This document shows positions 15,832 to 25,727 of a stretch of 32,000 nt of DNA, in pieces. Each line of letters begins with the position of its first letter. Position 1 is the first letter of the stretch. The stretch is from Candidatus Saccharimonadota bacterium. GTDB taxonomy: Bacteria > Patescibacteriota > Gracilibacteria > UBA4473. Below the pieces are notes generated by a model that worked only from the letters and a program-made list of their open reading frames with translations, was not told the origin of the DNA and searched no databases. A program made the translations under genes and the position numbers. The stretch covers positions 1,110,001 to 1,142,000 of the forward strand of contig OZ245819.1 in the NCBI GenBank assembly GCA_965228485.1. The letters run 5' to 3'.

Positions 15832-15856
15832 TGTTGGGATTTATAGTTCTTTCATG

Positions 15857-18418
15857 TTATTTTTCAATGTTTTTTATTTTATACAATATTTCTAGAGCTT
15901 CTTTTGGAGAAAGATCATCTGGATTAACGGTTTCAACAAATTTCTCAATTTCAGATTCTTTTTCAATTTCAATGATGGTTTCTTTTGGTGTCAGAGCAAA
16001 AAGATTTGGTTTTCCAGAAAGGAGGTTCTCAGACTCTAGTCGAGATAGAACATTTCGAGCTTCTTTGATTACGGTCTCTGGAATACCCGCCAACTTTGCC
16101 ACTTCAATTCCAAAGCTATCAGCAATTCCTCCTGGTTTAATCTGTCTTAAGAAGACAATTCCATTTTTGTTCTGAGAAACTGAAACGTGGAAATTTTGAG
16201 CGGCTTTTAATTCTTCGACTAGGTCGATAAGTTCGTGATAATGCGTAGCAAATAAGGTTTGAGCTTTTATCTTATCGTGTAGATGCTCAGTAATGGCCCA
16301 AGCGAGAGAGATTCCATCAAAAGTAGAAGTTCCTCTTCCGATTTCGTCTAAGATAATAAAACTTTGTTCGGTAGATTGATGAAGTATCGTGGCAGTTTCA
16401 GTCATTTCTACAAAGAATGTAGATTTTCCAGCCGCTAAGTTGTCGCTGGCTCCTACTCGAGTGAAAATCCGATCTACAATACTCCACTCAGCTTCACTTG
16501 CAGGAACAAAACTTCCAATTTGCCCAAGGAATATGATTAGAGCGTTTTGTCTAAGAAAGGTTGATTTTCCGGCCATATTTGGTCCAGAAATAAGGTGAAA
16601 ACGAGATTGTTTTGCCGACATTTTTAGATCATTGGCAATGAAGTTCGTATGATCTTGTGCTTCTACAACGGGATGTCGGCCAGCCTTAATATTTAGAACA
16701 GAATCAGTTTCTTCAATTTTTGGACGATTCCAGCGATAGGTTTGGGCGGTTCGACTAAATGTGCACAGAGCATCAACTTGACCAACGAGCCAAGCAGATT
16801 CTTGAAGATTCGGGATATGGGACATAAACTGATCTCTGAGTTTTAGAAATAATTCATGTTCTAAGGTGAAAGATTCGCTTTCTGCACTCAGTGTTTTTTG
16901 TTCATATTCACTTAACCGTTCGGTAGTGAATCGTTCAGCATTTACGAGTGTTTGACGTCGAATCCAGTCTTCTGGAGCTTTTTCCGCTTGGGCTTTTGAT
17001 ACCTCTAGGCAGAATCCAAAATTTTTGGAATATTTAATTCTTACATTCTGTAATCCCGTTTCGATCTTTATTTCTTCTAGGAAATTTTCTAGCCAGATTT
17101 TAGAATCTTTCTGGAGGATTCGAAGTTCGTCTAGTCGATCATTATAGCCTGTTTGGATCATGCCTCCTTGAGTGATTTCTAGAGGAGGGAGATCAACTAG
17201 TGCCTGATCTAAAATTTCAAACAGAGGAGAGAGTGCTTCTAGCGCTTCTAGCTTTTTATTGAATGTTGGATTATCAAAAATTTTGATAGATTGCTTGAAC
17301 AAAGGAAAAACACTCAGAGCCTGTCTTATGTAGGCTAAATCTCGAGCGTTTCCACGATTATTTGCAAGTCGTCCAATAAGTCTTTCTATGTCAGGTATTT
17401 GTTCTAACTGACTTATAATTTCTTGTTGAATACTTGGGGTTGTGGTTAGTTTTTCAACAATTTCAAGTCTTTCATTAATCTGTGTGACGTTCAAAAGCGG
17501 ACGTAGACACCATTGCCGTAAACGTCGTCCTCCCATTGCTGTTTTGGGTTTTTCAAAAACAGAAAACAAAGTGTTATGTGGGTTGCTTGGATCGTTCCCA
17601 TGAAAGATTTCTAAGTGATTAAATGTCTGTGTATCAAGCACCATGTATCTTCCTGGGTGATAATAATTAATACTGTTGAGGTTACCAAGTTCCGAACTTT
17701 GGGTTTCTTGGCAGTATTCCAAAATAGCGCTACTAGCAATTAGTACCGCATTAAGTTTATCAATTCCACTTATCGATAGGTGGTTTGGTGAGAAGTGATT
17801 ATCTAAATTTGCTTTTGCTTTTTTGTTAGAAGTAAAAGACCTTGGGGTGAGGAGTGTTTTTGGCAATTTTTTGGTAAAATCTTCGTCTTGAAATAGAGTG
17901 TTACTACATAAAATTTCTTTTGGATTTATCTTGTAAATTTCATCAAAAAAAGAAATTTCGTTATTCAATAAACAGGCGCGAAACTCTCCTGTAGAAAGGT
18001 CTATATAGGCCAGAGCGTAACTATTCTTTTTCACCTCAATATCGATGGCAGCAAGATAGTTGTTTTGGTCAGTGTCTAAATTTCCACTTTCGAGTGTTGT
18101 TCCTGGAGTGATTACTCGTTCGACTTGTCGTATAATTTTTTTGTCTTCAGTTTCGAATTGCTCTGCGATAGCGACTTTGTAACCATTCTCTATTAAGGTT
18201 TCTAAGTATTCAGCATGGGCATGATAGGGAAATCCGCACATGGGCATTTCATTGTCTGTTCCTTTGTGTCTGGCAGTTAAGGTGATACCCAAAACTTTAG
18301 AACCAATGAGAGCATCTTCATAAAAAAGTTCATAGAAATCTCCTAATCTAAAGAACAGGATGCTGTCTGGGTTTTGTGCTTTTAAATCGCGATATTGTCG
18401 CTGAACAGGAGTAGACAT
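15857..18418 (-). CDS. mutS: DNA mismatch repair protein MutS
   Basis: It has the canonical N-terminus MSTPVQRQYRDLKAQNPDSILFFRLGDFYELF, the Walker A motif SGPNMAGKST and the downstream motifs ILDEIGRGTSTFDG and FATHYHEL. The ATG at 18418 is preceded by AAAGGAAGA. The track start at 18457 adds 13 atypical residues. Confidence 0.95.
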   Translation of the reverse strand: MSTPVQRQYRDLKAQNPDSILFFRLGDFYELFYEDALIGSKVLGITLTARHKGTDNEMPMCGFPYHAHAEYLETLIENGYKVAIAEQFETEDKKIIRQVERVITPGTTLESGNLDTDQNNYLAAIDIEVKKNSYALAYIDLSTGEFRACLLNNEISFFDEIYKINPKEILCSNTLFQDEDFTKKLPKTLLTPRSFTSNKKAKANLDNHFSPNHLSISGIDKLNAVLIASSAILEYCQETQSSELGNLNSINYYHPGRYMVLDTQTFNHLEIFHGNDPSNPHNTLFSVFEKPKTAMGGRRLRQWCLRPLLNVTQINERLEIVEKLTTTPSIQQEIISQLEQIPDIERLIGRLANNRGNARDLAYIRQALSVFPLFKQSIKIFDNPTFNKKLEALEALSPLFEILDQALVDLPPLEITQGGMIQTGYNDRLDELRILQKDSKIWLENFLEEIKIETGLQNVRIKYSKNFGFCLEVSKAQAEKAPEDWIRRQTLVNAERFTTERLSEYEQKTLSAESESFTLEHELFLKLRDQFMSHIPNLQESAWLVGQVDALCTFSRTAQTYRWNRPKIEETDSVLNIKAGRHPVVEAQDHTNFIANDLKMSAKQSRFHLISGPNMAGKSTFLRQNALIIFLGQIGSFVPASEAEWSIVDRIFTRVGASDNLAAGKSTFFVEMTETATILHQSTEQSFIILDEIGRGTSTFDGISLAWAITEHLHDKIKAQTLFATHYHELIDLVEELKAAQNFHVSVSQNKNGIVFLRQIKPGGIADSFGIEVAKLAGIPETVIKEARNVLSRLESENLLSGKPNLFALTPKETIIEIEKESEIEKFVETVNPDDLSPKEALEILYKIKNIEK

Positions 18419-18480
18419 TCTTCCTTTGAAATGTGCTAAAAAATGGTTTTTTTGCAACCTTTTCTTTATATTTCCTGAGA

Positions 18481-19698
18481 ATGAGAACTTTCTTTTGGAT
18501 TTGTTTATTGACTATGTTGCTGGGATTACTTTTTAGAATCCCATTTGGCGGTGGTGGAATATTGTTGTCAGATATTTTGCTTCCCATCTTTGCTGGATGT
18601 TACTGTATTCAAAAGTGGTTTATTGATCGAAATTGGCCTTTGACTTCGTTTTTTCTACCCGCTTTAAGCTTTGTGCTTTTTTGTATTTTGACTTGGATAT
18701 GGGGGGCTTGGGGTTTAGATATAAAAGCTAAAATTTTATCCTTTTCTTATATTATTCGATTTTTCTCGATTTTAATTTTGGGAATTTTTGTCTTTGATAA
18801 TTTTAAACGAGATAACTCTTTTCTTTACCAGCTTTTTGGGATTGTTGGGATTATTGTTTTGGGAGGATTCATTCAGTTTTACTTCGTACCAGATATTTCA
18901 AAATGGTCGACAGTTGGCGGATTTGATCCTCACATGGGGAGATTGCTTGGGACTTGGATGGATCCGAACTTTGTTGCAGGACTTCTTGGATTCTTTCTTC
19001 CTGTTATGGTTGGGGCTTGGTACAAAGAATCACAGCTGAAAATGAAAGTTATATTAGGATTGCTTATTCTAGCTTGTTTGTATGCTGGATTTTTAACTTT
19101 CTCACGAAGTGGGTACCTCAGTATTGCGGGGGGACTCTTTTTCTTTTTCTTGCTCCGAGACCCCAAGATTATTCTTTTAGGAATCCTCGTAATGACGGCT
19201 GGATTACTCACGAATGAACGTGCGCAAAAACGAGTTGGGGAGTTGTCTGGGACTATGGCGGCGGTTATTTTTCGAGACACGGATGAGGTTGATCCAACGG
19301 CTAAGCTTAGAGTGCAGAGTTGGCGAAGAAGTTATGAGTTATGGCAAAAGTATCCTGTTTTGGGTATTGGATATAATACTTATCGTTTTAGAGCGGCAGA
19401 AGAGGGGGTTGTGGATGAGAAGTTTTTTTCTTCTGGAGGATCAGATTCAACGTTGTTGACAATTCTAGTTACGACTGGAATTGGTGGGGTATTGCTCTTT
19501 TGTTGGTTTTATTTTGGAGTTTGGTGGCGAAATTTTATGCGTTATTGGCATACAAAGAATCCAATTTTTCTTGGTTTTGTTGGTGGATGGTCGGCTATTT
19601 TGGTTCACAGTGTTTTTGTGAATTCTTTACTGTTTCCACTTATTTTTATGCCAATGATAGCCCTTATTGGTTGGTTAGAATCTGAGGCTCAGCAATAA
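18481..19698 (+). CDS. O-antigen ligase/polymerase-like (Wzy_C family) polytopic membrane protein
   Basis: It has about 10 hydrophobic segments, the motif FLTFSRSGYLSIAGG and a large loop between late TM segments. The ATG at 18481 (MRTFFWICLL) is preferred over 18433, which would place the start only 14 nt from the divergent mutS start at 18418. Confidence 0.7.
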   Translation: MRTFFWICLLTMLLGLLFRIPFGGGGILLSDILLPIFAGCYCIQKWFIDRNWPLTSFFLPALSFVLFCILTWIWGAWGLDIKAKILSFSYIIRFFSILILGIFVFDNFKRDNSFLYQLFGIVGIIVLGGFIQFYFVPDISKWSTVGGFDPHMGRLLGTWMDPNFVAGLLGFFLPVMVGAWYKESQLKMKVILGLLILACLYAGFLTFSRSGYLSIAGGLFFFFLLRDPKIILLGILVMTAGLLTNERAQKRVGELSGTMAAVIFRDTDEVDPTAKLRVQSWRRSYELWQKYPVLGIGYNTYRFRAAEEGVVDEKFFSSGGSDSTLLTILVTTGIGGVLLFCWFYFGVWWRNFMRYWHTKNPIFLGFVGGWSAILVHSVFVNSLLFPLIFMPMIALIGWLESEAQQ

Positions 19699-19736
19699 AT
19701 GTACTTTTTTGTGTATCTTGGTTACTATTTAGATCG

Positions 19737-21530
19737 ATGATGAGGATTCTTGGCTTTGTATTTATAACGGTCGGAATTTTTGGACTCAGCCACTATCTGA
19801 TTAATCAGAAATTGCCTGAGTGGGAATCTCGTACAATAGCGGTTATAAATGAAGCTCGAGAAGCGGAACTGGATGTTCAGGCTTGGGATCGGGTTGTCGC
19901 AAAAGCCGATCAAGAATTGCCTTGGTTTTATCCTTTTTCAAAGGTAAAAAAGGTCGTTAGGGAAGCTCGAACAATGGTCTATCGTACACATAATTTTGCG
20001 GATACGGTGAATATTGGATTTTCATTTGAAGATCGGGCGATTAATTCAGAAGGTCTTTTTGATCTCTTTACTTTTATGTCGGATCAATCAGCTTCTTTGG
20101 ATTCTATTATTGATGACATTCATAGCTTACCGTTATCTTTTTTGGATGAAGAAAAGAAAGTTTATGTACTTTCGGAATTGGCCTGGCTAGAATACTTAGA
20201 TCAGCAGCTTAAAGATGCTCAGACCTTTGAAAAAATTTTTAAGAAATTTGTGAAGGATGAAGAAAGAGTTTTAGTGCTTTTACAGAATCAAAATGAACCT
20301 CGTTCTACGGGAGGATTTGTTGGAAGCTTAGTACTTTTCGATTTTAAGAAAGATATTATTAATTGGCGATTTCTTGATATTTACGAACTCGATCGTTTAG
20401 TCCCGCCAGAAGCACAGACTCCAGCACCACCATTTTTTCACGGCTTATCTAAAACTATTTCACTTAGAGATGCTAACTTTTGGCCAGATTTTAGAACTAC
20501 CGCATCTGAATATAGATATTTTTTTGATGTTGTTGGAGAAGAGCCTCCTAAAACAATCGTGGCTATAAATCTTAACACGATCAAAGAGGTTGTAAATTTA
20601 GTAGGACCTATACAATTGGAAAAATGGGATTTGGAGTTAGATTCATATAACTTTGATGTGGTGCTACAGTTTCTTGTAGAGTCAAAAATTACTGGAAGAT
20701 TTGCGGTAAAGGAGCCTGTTGAGATATTTGCGGCTAAGCTCTTTAGTCCAGAAGCTTTATCTTCTTTGTCCTGGGAGGCTTTGAGCACTTTTGATGTTGA
20801 TGGATTTTTGTCTCAGAAAAATATTCTAGCCCATTCTCAGAATGTCTCTTTACAAAAGTTATTTGAAAAGTGGCGAATTGATGGTCAGTTGCGTCAGAAA
20901 AAAGAAGCGAATAACTTTTTGCATTTTGATTTTATATCGATTGGAGCGAATAAGTCTGAGAAATTTATGTGGACTAAGCTGATTCATGATAGCGAAATTC
21001 TTCCATCAGGGACGGTTAATAATACGCTTAAAATTCGAAGAACTCATGCGTTACGGCCAGGAGAGCTAAATGATTTACTTGGGACTAATAAAATGAGTCA
21101 AAATGTTCGGGAGTTAATTGATGAAACGCTTTGGTGGAAATTAGGAGCGGGGCAAAATAGAACGGTTTTAAGAGTTTGGGTACCACGAGAAGCTCGTTTA
21201 TTATCACAAAATAATCCTAGTGGAGTTATTCGAGAAATGGTCATTGCTGGTCATGATGATTTTAAAGTTTTAGAAATTCCTATGAATGTTCTTCCGAGTG
21301 AAACTTTGGATATTTCTTTAGTTTATGAGACTCGTATTGAAAGAGGTTCTTCGGCTTGGCGTCCTTATTTCTTGGAATTAATAGGGACTCCTGGAAAAGA
21401 TAAAACAGAGTTTTTATCTACTATTTCGACTCCTCAAAATAGTCAGTTTACCGCTGAAACCCAGAATATTGGGCTTCCTGTTTCTTTGATTGATCAGGAT
21501 TTTAGAACCGTTGTTGAATTTAAAAAGTAG
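19737..21530 (+). CDS. Membrane-anchored protein resembling the DUF4012 family
   Basis: It has an N-terminal TM segment (ILGFVFITVGIFGLSHYLI) and the motif LLQNQNEPRSTGGFVGSLVLFDF, which I recall as the DUF4012 signature (QN..E.R.TGGF.GS). The family call is from memory only. Confidence 0.55.
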   Translation: MMRILGFVFITVGIFGLSHYLINQKLPEWESRTIAVINEAREAELDVQAWDRVVAKADQELPWFYPFSKVKKVVREARTMVYRTHNFADTVNIGFSFEDRAINSEGLFDLFTFMSDQSASLDSIIDDIHSLPLSFLDEEKKVYVLSELAWLEYLDQQLKDAQTFEKIFKKFVKDEERVLVLLQNQNEPRSTGGFVGSLVLFDFKKDIINWRFLDIYELDRLVPPEAQTPAPPFFHGLSKTISLRDANFWPDFRTTASEYRYFFDVVGEEPPKTIVAINLNTIKEVVNLVGPIQLEKWDLELDSYNFDVVLQFLVESKITGRFAVKEPVEIFAAKLFSPEALSSLSWEALSTFDVDGFLSQKNILAHSQNVSLQKLFEKWRIDGQLRQKKEANNFLHFDFISIGANKSEKFMWTKLIHDSEILPSGTVNNTLKIRRTHALRPGELNDLLGTNKMSQNVRELIDETLWWKLGAGQNRTVLRVWVPREARLLSQNNPSGVIREMVIAGHDDFKVLEIPMNVLPSETLDISLVYETRIERGSSAWRPYFLELIGTPGKDKTEFLSTISTPQNSQFTAETQNIGLPVSLIDQDFRTVVEFKK

Positions 21531-21577
21531 GCATCTTTTTTTACTTTTTATTCTAAAAACTTAAATTCTGAATAACT

Positions 21578-22540
21578 ATGTTGGAATGGATTGCATTGGC
21601 GTTGCTCTCAAATGATTCAGGTGGATTTTTGCGTTTGAATGTTGAGAGTGTACAAAAAACTTCTCAGGTTATAGAACGTTTTGACCCTGCAGACTTACCG
21701 AAACAGAAGGTAGAAAAATTGAGTCCACAATTTTTGAATGATCCGTTTTTGGCTGTTTTTGCTCAAGATCTAGATTCTGGGAAGGTGCTTTTTGATCAGC
21801 GTGCGGATAAGGCTCAACCAATTGCTAGTTTGACGAAAATTATGACATTCTTGGTAATTTTTGAAAACCATGATTTGGATGAGGTAGTAGAAGTGCCTTT
21901 GGAAGCGACTCAGGGTGATGGAGCAAATATTGGTTTATATGCTTATGAGCGACTAACGGTTGAGACTTTATTAAAGGCTATTTTAATTCCTTCTGCTAAT
22001 GATGCGGCAGTAGCTTTGGCTATTTTTGATAGTGGGAGTGAAGAGGCTTTTGTTGAAAAAATGAATCAAAAAGCCCGAGCTTTGGGACTTGGTTCTGCTC
22101 AATTTTATAATTCTACAGGGCTTGATATCTATGAACAGGTTTTGGAATGTGATCAAATTGCAGCCGTTGATGCCTGTGAGAAGGCTTCTGAACGAGAATA
22201 TGGGAATGTTATGTCGGCGGAGGATATTGCTTTAATGACGAGAGTGGCTCTGAATAATGATTTTTTTAAGGCAACGGTTCAGTTGAAAGAATTTGAAGGT
22301 GCGTCGGTTGATGAAAAATTCTTTCATTCCAAGAAGTCTACGAATCAACTTTTGGGAACATTCGTGAACTCTAAAGGAGTTAAAACGGGATATACGCTTT
22401 TGGCAGGGCAGTGTTTAGTGAATCTATCAGAAGACAATGCTGGGAGAGAAATTTTAACTGTTGTACTTGGATCTTCGAATCGATTTGAAGAAACGAAGCG
22501 GCTCATGGACTGGATTTGGTCGAGTTTTGTATGGAAATAA
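21578..22540 (+). CDS. D-alanyl-D-alanine carboxypeptidase (peptidase S11, PBP5/DacA-like)
   Basis: All three PBP motifs are present: SxxK (ASLTK), SxN (PSANDAA) and KTG (VKTGYT). Confidence 0.85.
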   Translation: MLEWIALALLSNDSGGFLRLNVESVQKTSQVIERFDPADLPKQKVEKLSPQFLNDPFLAVFAQDLDSGKVLFDQRADKAQPIASLTKIMTFLVIFENHDLDEVVEVPLEATQGDGANIGLYAYERLTVETLLKAILIPSANDAAVALAIFDSGSEEAFVEKMNQKARALGLGSAQFYNSTGLDIYEQVLECDQIAAVDACEKASEREYGNVMSAEDIALMTRVALNNDFFKATVQLKEFEGASVDEKFFHSKKSTNQLLGTFVNSKGVKTGYTLLAGQCLVNLSEDNAGREILTVVLGSSNRFEETKRLMDWIWSSFVWK

Positions 22541-22546
22541 TGGGAC

Positions 22547-22575
22547 TTGGAAAATATTTCTAGATATGCTATAAT
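22547..22575 (+). promoter_or_regulatory. Sigma70-type promoter with an extended -10, upstream of the small VirB2-like gene pair
   Basis: The sequence is TTGGAA (22547-22552), a 17-nt spacer that ends in the extended -10 TGc (22567-22569), and TATAAT (22570-22575). It lies ~20 nt upstream of the ATG at 22596. Confidence 0.45.
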
Positions 22576-22595
22576 GGACGGAAATAAAAATAAAT

Positions 22596-23030
22596 ATGAG
22601 ATCATTCTTGCTTGGTTTAGTTGTTTTCTTCGCTAGTTTTCTAGCGGCTGGTTCTGTTTTTGCTACTTCCGGATCAGGGGGCGGTTCTGGCGGTGGCGAA
22701 GTACCTCCAGCTATTACTAACTTTGTAATGCCAACTAATACCTTTAGTATGGGAGGTTTATGTGTTGGGAATTCTTGTGGACTAGAACTTGGAACCGGAA
22801 GTTCCAATGATGTTATTTGGAGAGGTATTCGAGTTCTAGCCAGTGTGGCTGGGACGGTAGCAATTCTCCTTTATATTGTTGGAGCCTTTTTTCTTATTGC
22901 TTCTCAGGGGGATGAAAATCAACTTAACAAAGGGAAAACTATTGTTATCTATACCAGTCTAGGATTGGTGTTTGTATTTGGAGCTTATATCATTGTTCAA
23001 TTCCTTCTGGCTTTAATATTTACGGCTTAA
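22596..23030 (+). CDS. Small secreted two-TM protein with VirB2/TrbC-like (type IV secretion pilin-like) architecture
   Basis: It has a signal peptide (MRSFLLGLVVFFASFLAAGSVFA), a Gly/Ser linker, TM1 (VLASVAGTVAILLYIVGAFFLIA), a short charged loop (SQGDENQLNKGK) and TM2 (IVIYTSLGLVFVFGAYIIVQFLLALIF). Confidence 0.5.
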   Translation: MRSFLLGLVVFFASFLAAGSVFATSGSGGGSGGGEVPPAITNFVMPTNTFSMGGLCVGNSCGLELGTGSSNDVIWRGIRVLASVAGTVAILLYIVGAFFLIASQGDENQLNKGKTIVIYTSLGLVFVFGAYIIVQFLLALIFTA

Positions 23031-23432
23031 ATGAAAAAACTATTATTCTTGGCTTTGGTGTTAGTAAGTGTAATGCACATTCCTTCTGCAGAGGCCTATG
23101 TGTTGAAACTTCAAGAACCCGTTGGAAGTATGTCAGTTGTGGCTGGGCCTAATGGTTTTAGCTTGATCTCAAATTATATTGCTGGAGTTTACCGATATAT
23201 GGCGAGTATTGTTGGGATTATTTGTGTACTTTATATCGTTTTTTCCGGGATTCAGATTATTCTTGGGGGAGCTAATAGTGAGTTAGTAAGCCAGGCAAAA
23301 ACAAGAATTTTGCAGTCTATTCTTAGTCTAGTATTACTTCTTGGAACCGCTCTACTACTAAAAACGGTAAATCCTTACTTCTTTGGAGGTGGAGGTTCTG
23401 GCATTCTGGGAATGATTTTGGGAGGACTCTAA
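23031..23432 (+). CDS. Second small secreted two-TM protein, VirB2/TrbC-like paralog
   Basis: The start codon directly abuts the previous stop (TAAATG). It has a signal peptide (MKKLLFLALVLVSVMHIPSAEA), TM1 (ASIVGIICVLYIVFSGIQIILGG), a loop (ANSELVSQAKTR), TM2 (ILQSILSLVLLLGTALLL) and a Gly-rich tail. Confidence 0.5.
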   Translation: MKKLLFLALVLVSVMHIPSAEAYVLKLQEPVGSMSVVAGPNGFSLISNYIAGVYRYMASIVGIICVLYIVFSGIQIILGGANSELVSQAKTRILQSILSLVLLLGTALLLKTVNPYFFGGGGSGILGMILGGL

Positions 23433-24646
23433 AATAGGTCTTCACCACTAGGCGTATTGAAGCTTTCATCTTTTTGGTTAAAAGCTATTTCGCCGTTCAG
23501 CCAAACAGTTTCGATGCTACCGTTAATAGGTCTATCCTGAAATGGAGTCCATCGACATTTGGAAAAGAAGTTTTCATAATTTACATTTCCAGACCAGAGA
23601 GGGTCCACAAGTACTAGATCAGCGTCATAGTCTTCTTTTATAAGTCCTTTTTGATGTTGAACTTTGAATATTTTATAAATGTTTAAACTAGTCATAGCTG
23701 CAAACTTTTTGAGATCATATTCTTTTGAGACAAATTCGGTGTAGACTAGGTGGAATAGTGTTTCAATTCCAGGAATCCCATAGTATATCTGATCAGATTC
23801 TTTTTCTTCTCTCGTATGAGGGGCATGGTCAGTTGCAAAACAATCAATAGTGCCATCAATTACCCCTTCCCACATAGCTTTTAGGTCATCGTGAGTGGCC
23901 AGTTCTGGCTTCATGCAACAAAAAGCTCCATGCCGCTCGCGGTCTTCATGAGTCATGAATAGATGGTGTGGACAGACTTCCATTGAAATTTTTTTTCTGA
24001 GATTTTCGTCTTTTTTTAATTTTCTTACGAGTTCAACTTCAGATCTAAGGCTGGCATGGCAAAGATGCAGTTCGCAAGGAGCCTTTTCTTCCAGCCATAT
24101 TTCGACTGCTCGATGAAAGGTTGCCCCTTCGGCGTGAAGGGCTACTTTTTTTCCAATATTGAAAATCTCTCTCCAACGTGATTCTTCATCCATTTTCAGG
24201 TTACCTGTTGTGGTATTTAGGTAGAGTTTTGTTCCAGGAACACCTGTGACGGCTTCAATTTCTGTCTGGTTTGTAGGGCCAGCTCCAAAATAAAACCCAT
24301 AGTGAGCGTGAGATTTTCGTGCGGCAATAGCTTTCTTAGCGGCTAATAATTCTCTTGTAAAAGTTGGTGGATTTGTATTTGGCATTTCAAAATATCCAGT
24401 GACTCCAGCTGAGATAGCCGCTTTCGATCCACTCTCGATATCTTCTTTGTATTCAAATCCTGGTTCTCGAAAATGAACATGAGGATCAATTAGTCCAGGA
24501 AAGAGAATTTTGCCCTTTCCATTAATAACTTCATAATTAATATTTTTAGATGGTGAAAATTTTATTTTCCCAGATTCTAAAAACACATCTTTGATCTCAT
24601 CGGTGTGAGCATCAATGATTCGGACTTGTGAAATATGGTAGTTCAT
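23429..24646 (-). CDS. pyrC: Dihydroorotase
   Basis: It has the metal-binding motif GLIDPHVHFREPG, the downstream motifs ALHAEG and FATDHAPH, and lies adjacent to pyrB. Confidence 0.9.
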   Translation of the reverse strand: MNYHISQVRIIDAHTDEIKDVFLESGKIKFSPSKNINYEVINGKGKILFPGLIDPHVHFREPGFEYKEDIESGSKAAISAGVTGYFEMPNTNPPTFTRELLAAKKAIAARKSHAHYGFYFGAGPTNQTEIEAVTGVPGTKLYLNTTTGNLKMDEESRWREIFNIGKKVALHAEGATFHRAVEIWLEEKAPCELHLCHASLRSEVELVRKLKKDENLRKKISMEVCPHHLFMTHEDRERHGAFCCMKPELATHDDLKAMWEGVIDGTIDCFATDHAPHTREEKESDQIYYGIPGIETLFHLVYTEFVSKEYDLKKFAAMTSLNIYKIFKVQHQKGLIKEDYDADLVLVDPLWSGNVNYENFFSKCRWTPFQDRPINGSIETVWLNGEIAFNQKDESFNTPSGEDLF

Positions 24647-24654
24647 AGTGTTAT

Positions 24655-25557
24655 TTAGATTAGACCCAGCGATTTAGCAATAAGGGCCATTCGAATTGGG
24701 ACACCGTTTTTAGCCTGTTCAAAGTAAGCGGCCTGAGGTAACTCGTCAACTTCTTGAGCGATTTCGTTTACTCTTGGTAATGGGTGCATGAGGATTGCAT
24801 TTGGTTTCATTTGAGAAACTTTGGCAACGTCAAAATGAAACGCATTTTTATGTTTTTCATAGACTTCTGGTGCGAGTCGTTCTTTTTGGATTCTGGTGTC
24901 ATAAATCACATCTGATGTGGTCAAAATTTCTGTATTGAGTTCAAAATGTTTTTTATCGGTTTCAGGATTAAAATATTCGTCTGGGATTTGAATTTCTTCT
25001 GGAGCTACAAAGTTGAATTTTACATTTGGAAAATTTCGCAGCAATTTTGAGCAAGAATGAACGGTTCGTGCACAGATTAATTCTCCTACAAATGAGATAG
25101 TGAGTTCTTCCTTTCCAAGATTAAAGCGTTTAAAAATAGTGTAAGCGTCTAGCAGTCCTTGTGTTGGATGTTCTGCTGATCCATCCCCTCCGTTAATCAC
25201 TGCAATCCCTGAATAGTCAGCCATAATTTTGGCCTCTCCAGGGGTTTTTGATCTTATCGCAATAATATCAGCGTAGCCTCCAATGATTCGCGCGGTGTCT
25301 TCTAGGACTTCTCCTTTTGTGATAGAAGAAAAGTTTACATCCGTTTCAGAGATTATAGAACCTCCAAGTCGGAGCATGGCCGTTTCAAAGCTGAGGCGTG
25401 TTCGAGTTGAAGGTTCGTAAAAGAGTGTAGCGAGGATTTTTCCCCGCGCTAAATCAGACCCTCCTTTGGCTATAATTTCTTCCATTTTTTGAGCGTCAGC
25501 AAAAACCGTCAGTAGTGATTTTTTATCAAACTGTTGAGCCGATATTACGTGTTTCAT
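24655..25557 (-). CDS. pyrB: Aspartate carbamoyltransferase catalytic subunit
   Basis: It has the signature motifs PSTRTRLSFE, HPTQ and MHPLPR. Confidence 0.95.
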   Translation of the reverse strand: MKHVISAQQFDKKSLLTVFADAQKMEEIIAKGGSDLARGKILATLFYEPSTRTRLSFETAMLRLGGSIISETDVNFSSITKGEVLEDTARIIGGYADIIAIRSKTPGEAKIMADYSGIAVINGGDGSAEHPTQGLLDAYTIFKRFNLGKEELTISFVGELICARTVHSCSKLLRNFPNVKFNFVAPEEIQIPDEYFNPETDKKHFELNTEILTTSDVIYDTRIQKERLAPEVYEKHKNAFHFDVAKVSQMKPNAILMHPLPRVNEIAQEVDELPQAAYFEQAKNGVPIRMALIAKSLGLI

Positions 25558-25620
25558 CGAGCGTATTCTATCTACGTAATTTCCAAGATCAATATCGGTC
25601 TGTATTTTTTTGATCTGAAT

Positions 25621-25648
25621 TTGACAAAAGTCCTTATCTTAGTAGATT
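25621..25648 (+). promoter_or_regulatory. Putative promoter for rplU
   Basis: The sequence is TTGACA (25621-25626), a 16-nt spacer and TAGATT (25643-25648). A small leader hairpin (TCTTGC-ATA-GCAAGA) follows. This is a sequence match only. Confidence 0.3.
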
Positions 25649-25727
25649 CTGGGCACTTTACTATACGATCGGGAAAAAAGATCTTGCATAGCAAGACTCC
25701 GACGGATGTTTCTTAACCCATTTAAGC

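Noticed and set aside
18419-18457. The 13-aa N-terminal extension of MutS (track start at 18457).
   Set aside because: The canonical MutS N-terminus begins at the Met at 18418, which is preceded by an AGGAAG-like ribosome-binding sequence. The longer form would also collide with the divergent gene.
23429-23432. Convergent genes whose stop codons overlap (CTAA: TAA for the pilin-like gene, TAG for pyrC), leaving no room for a terminator.
   Set aside because: The overlap is real in the sequence, but it is ordinary for a compact genome. It is not a feature in its own right.
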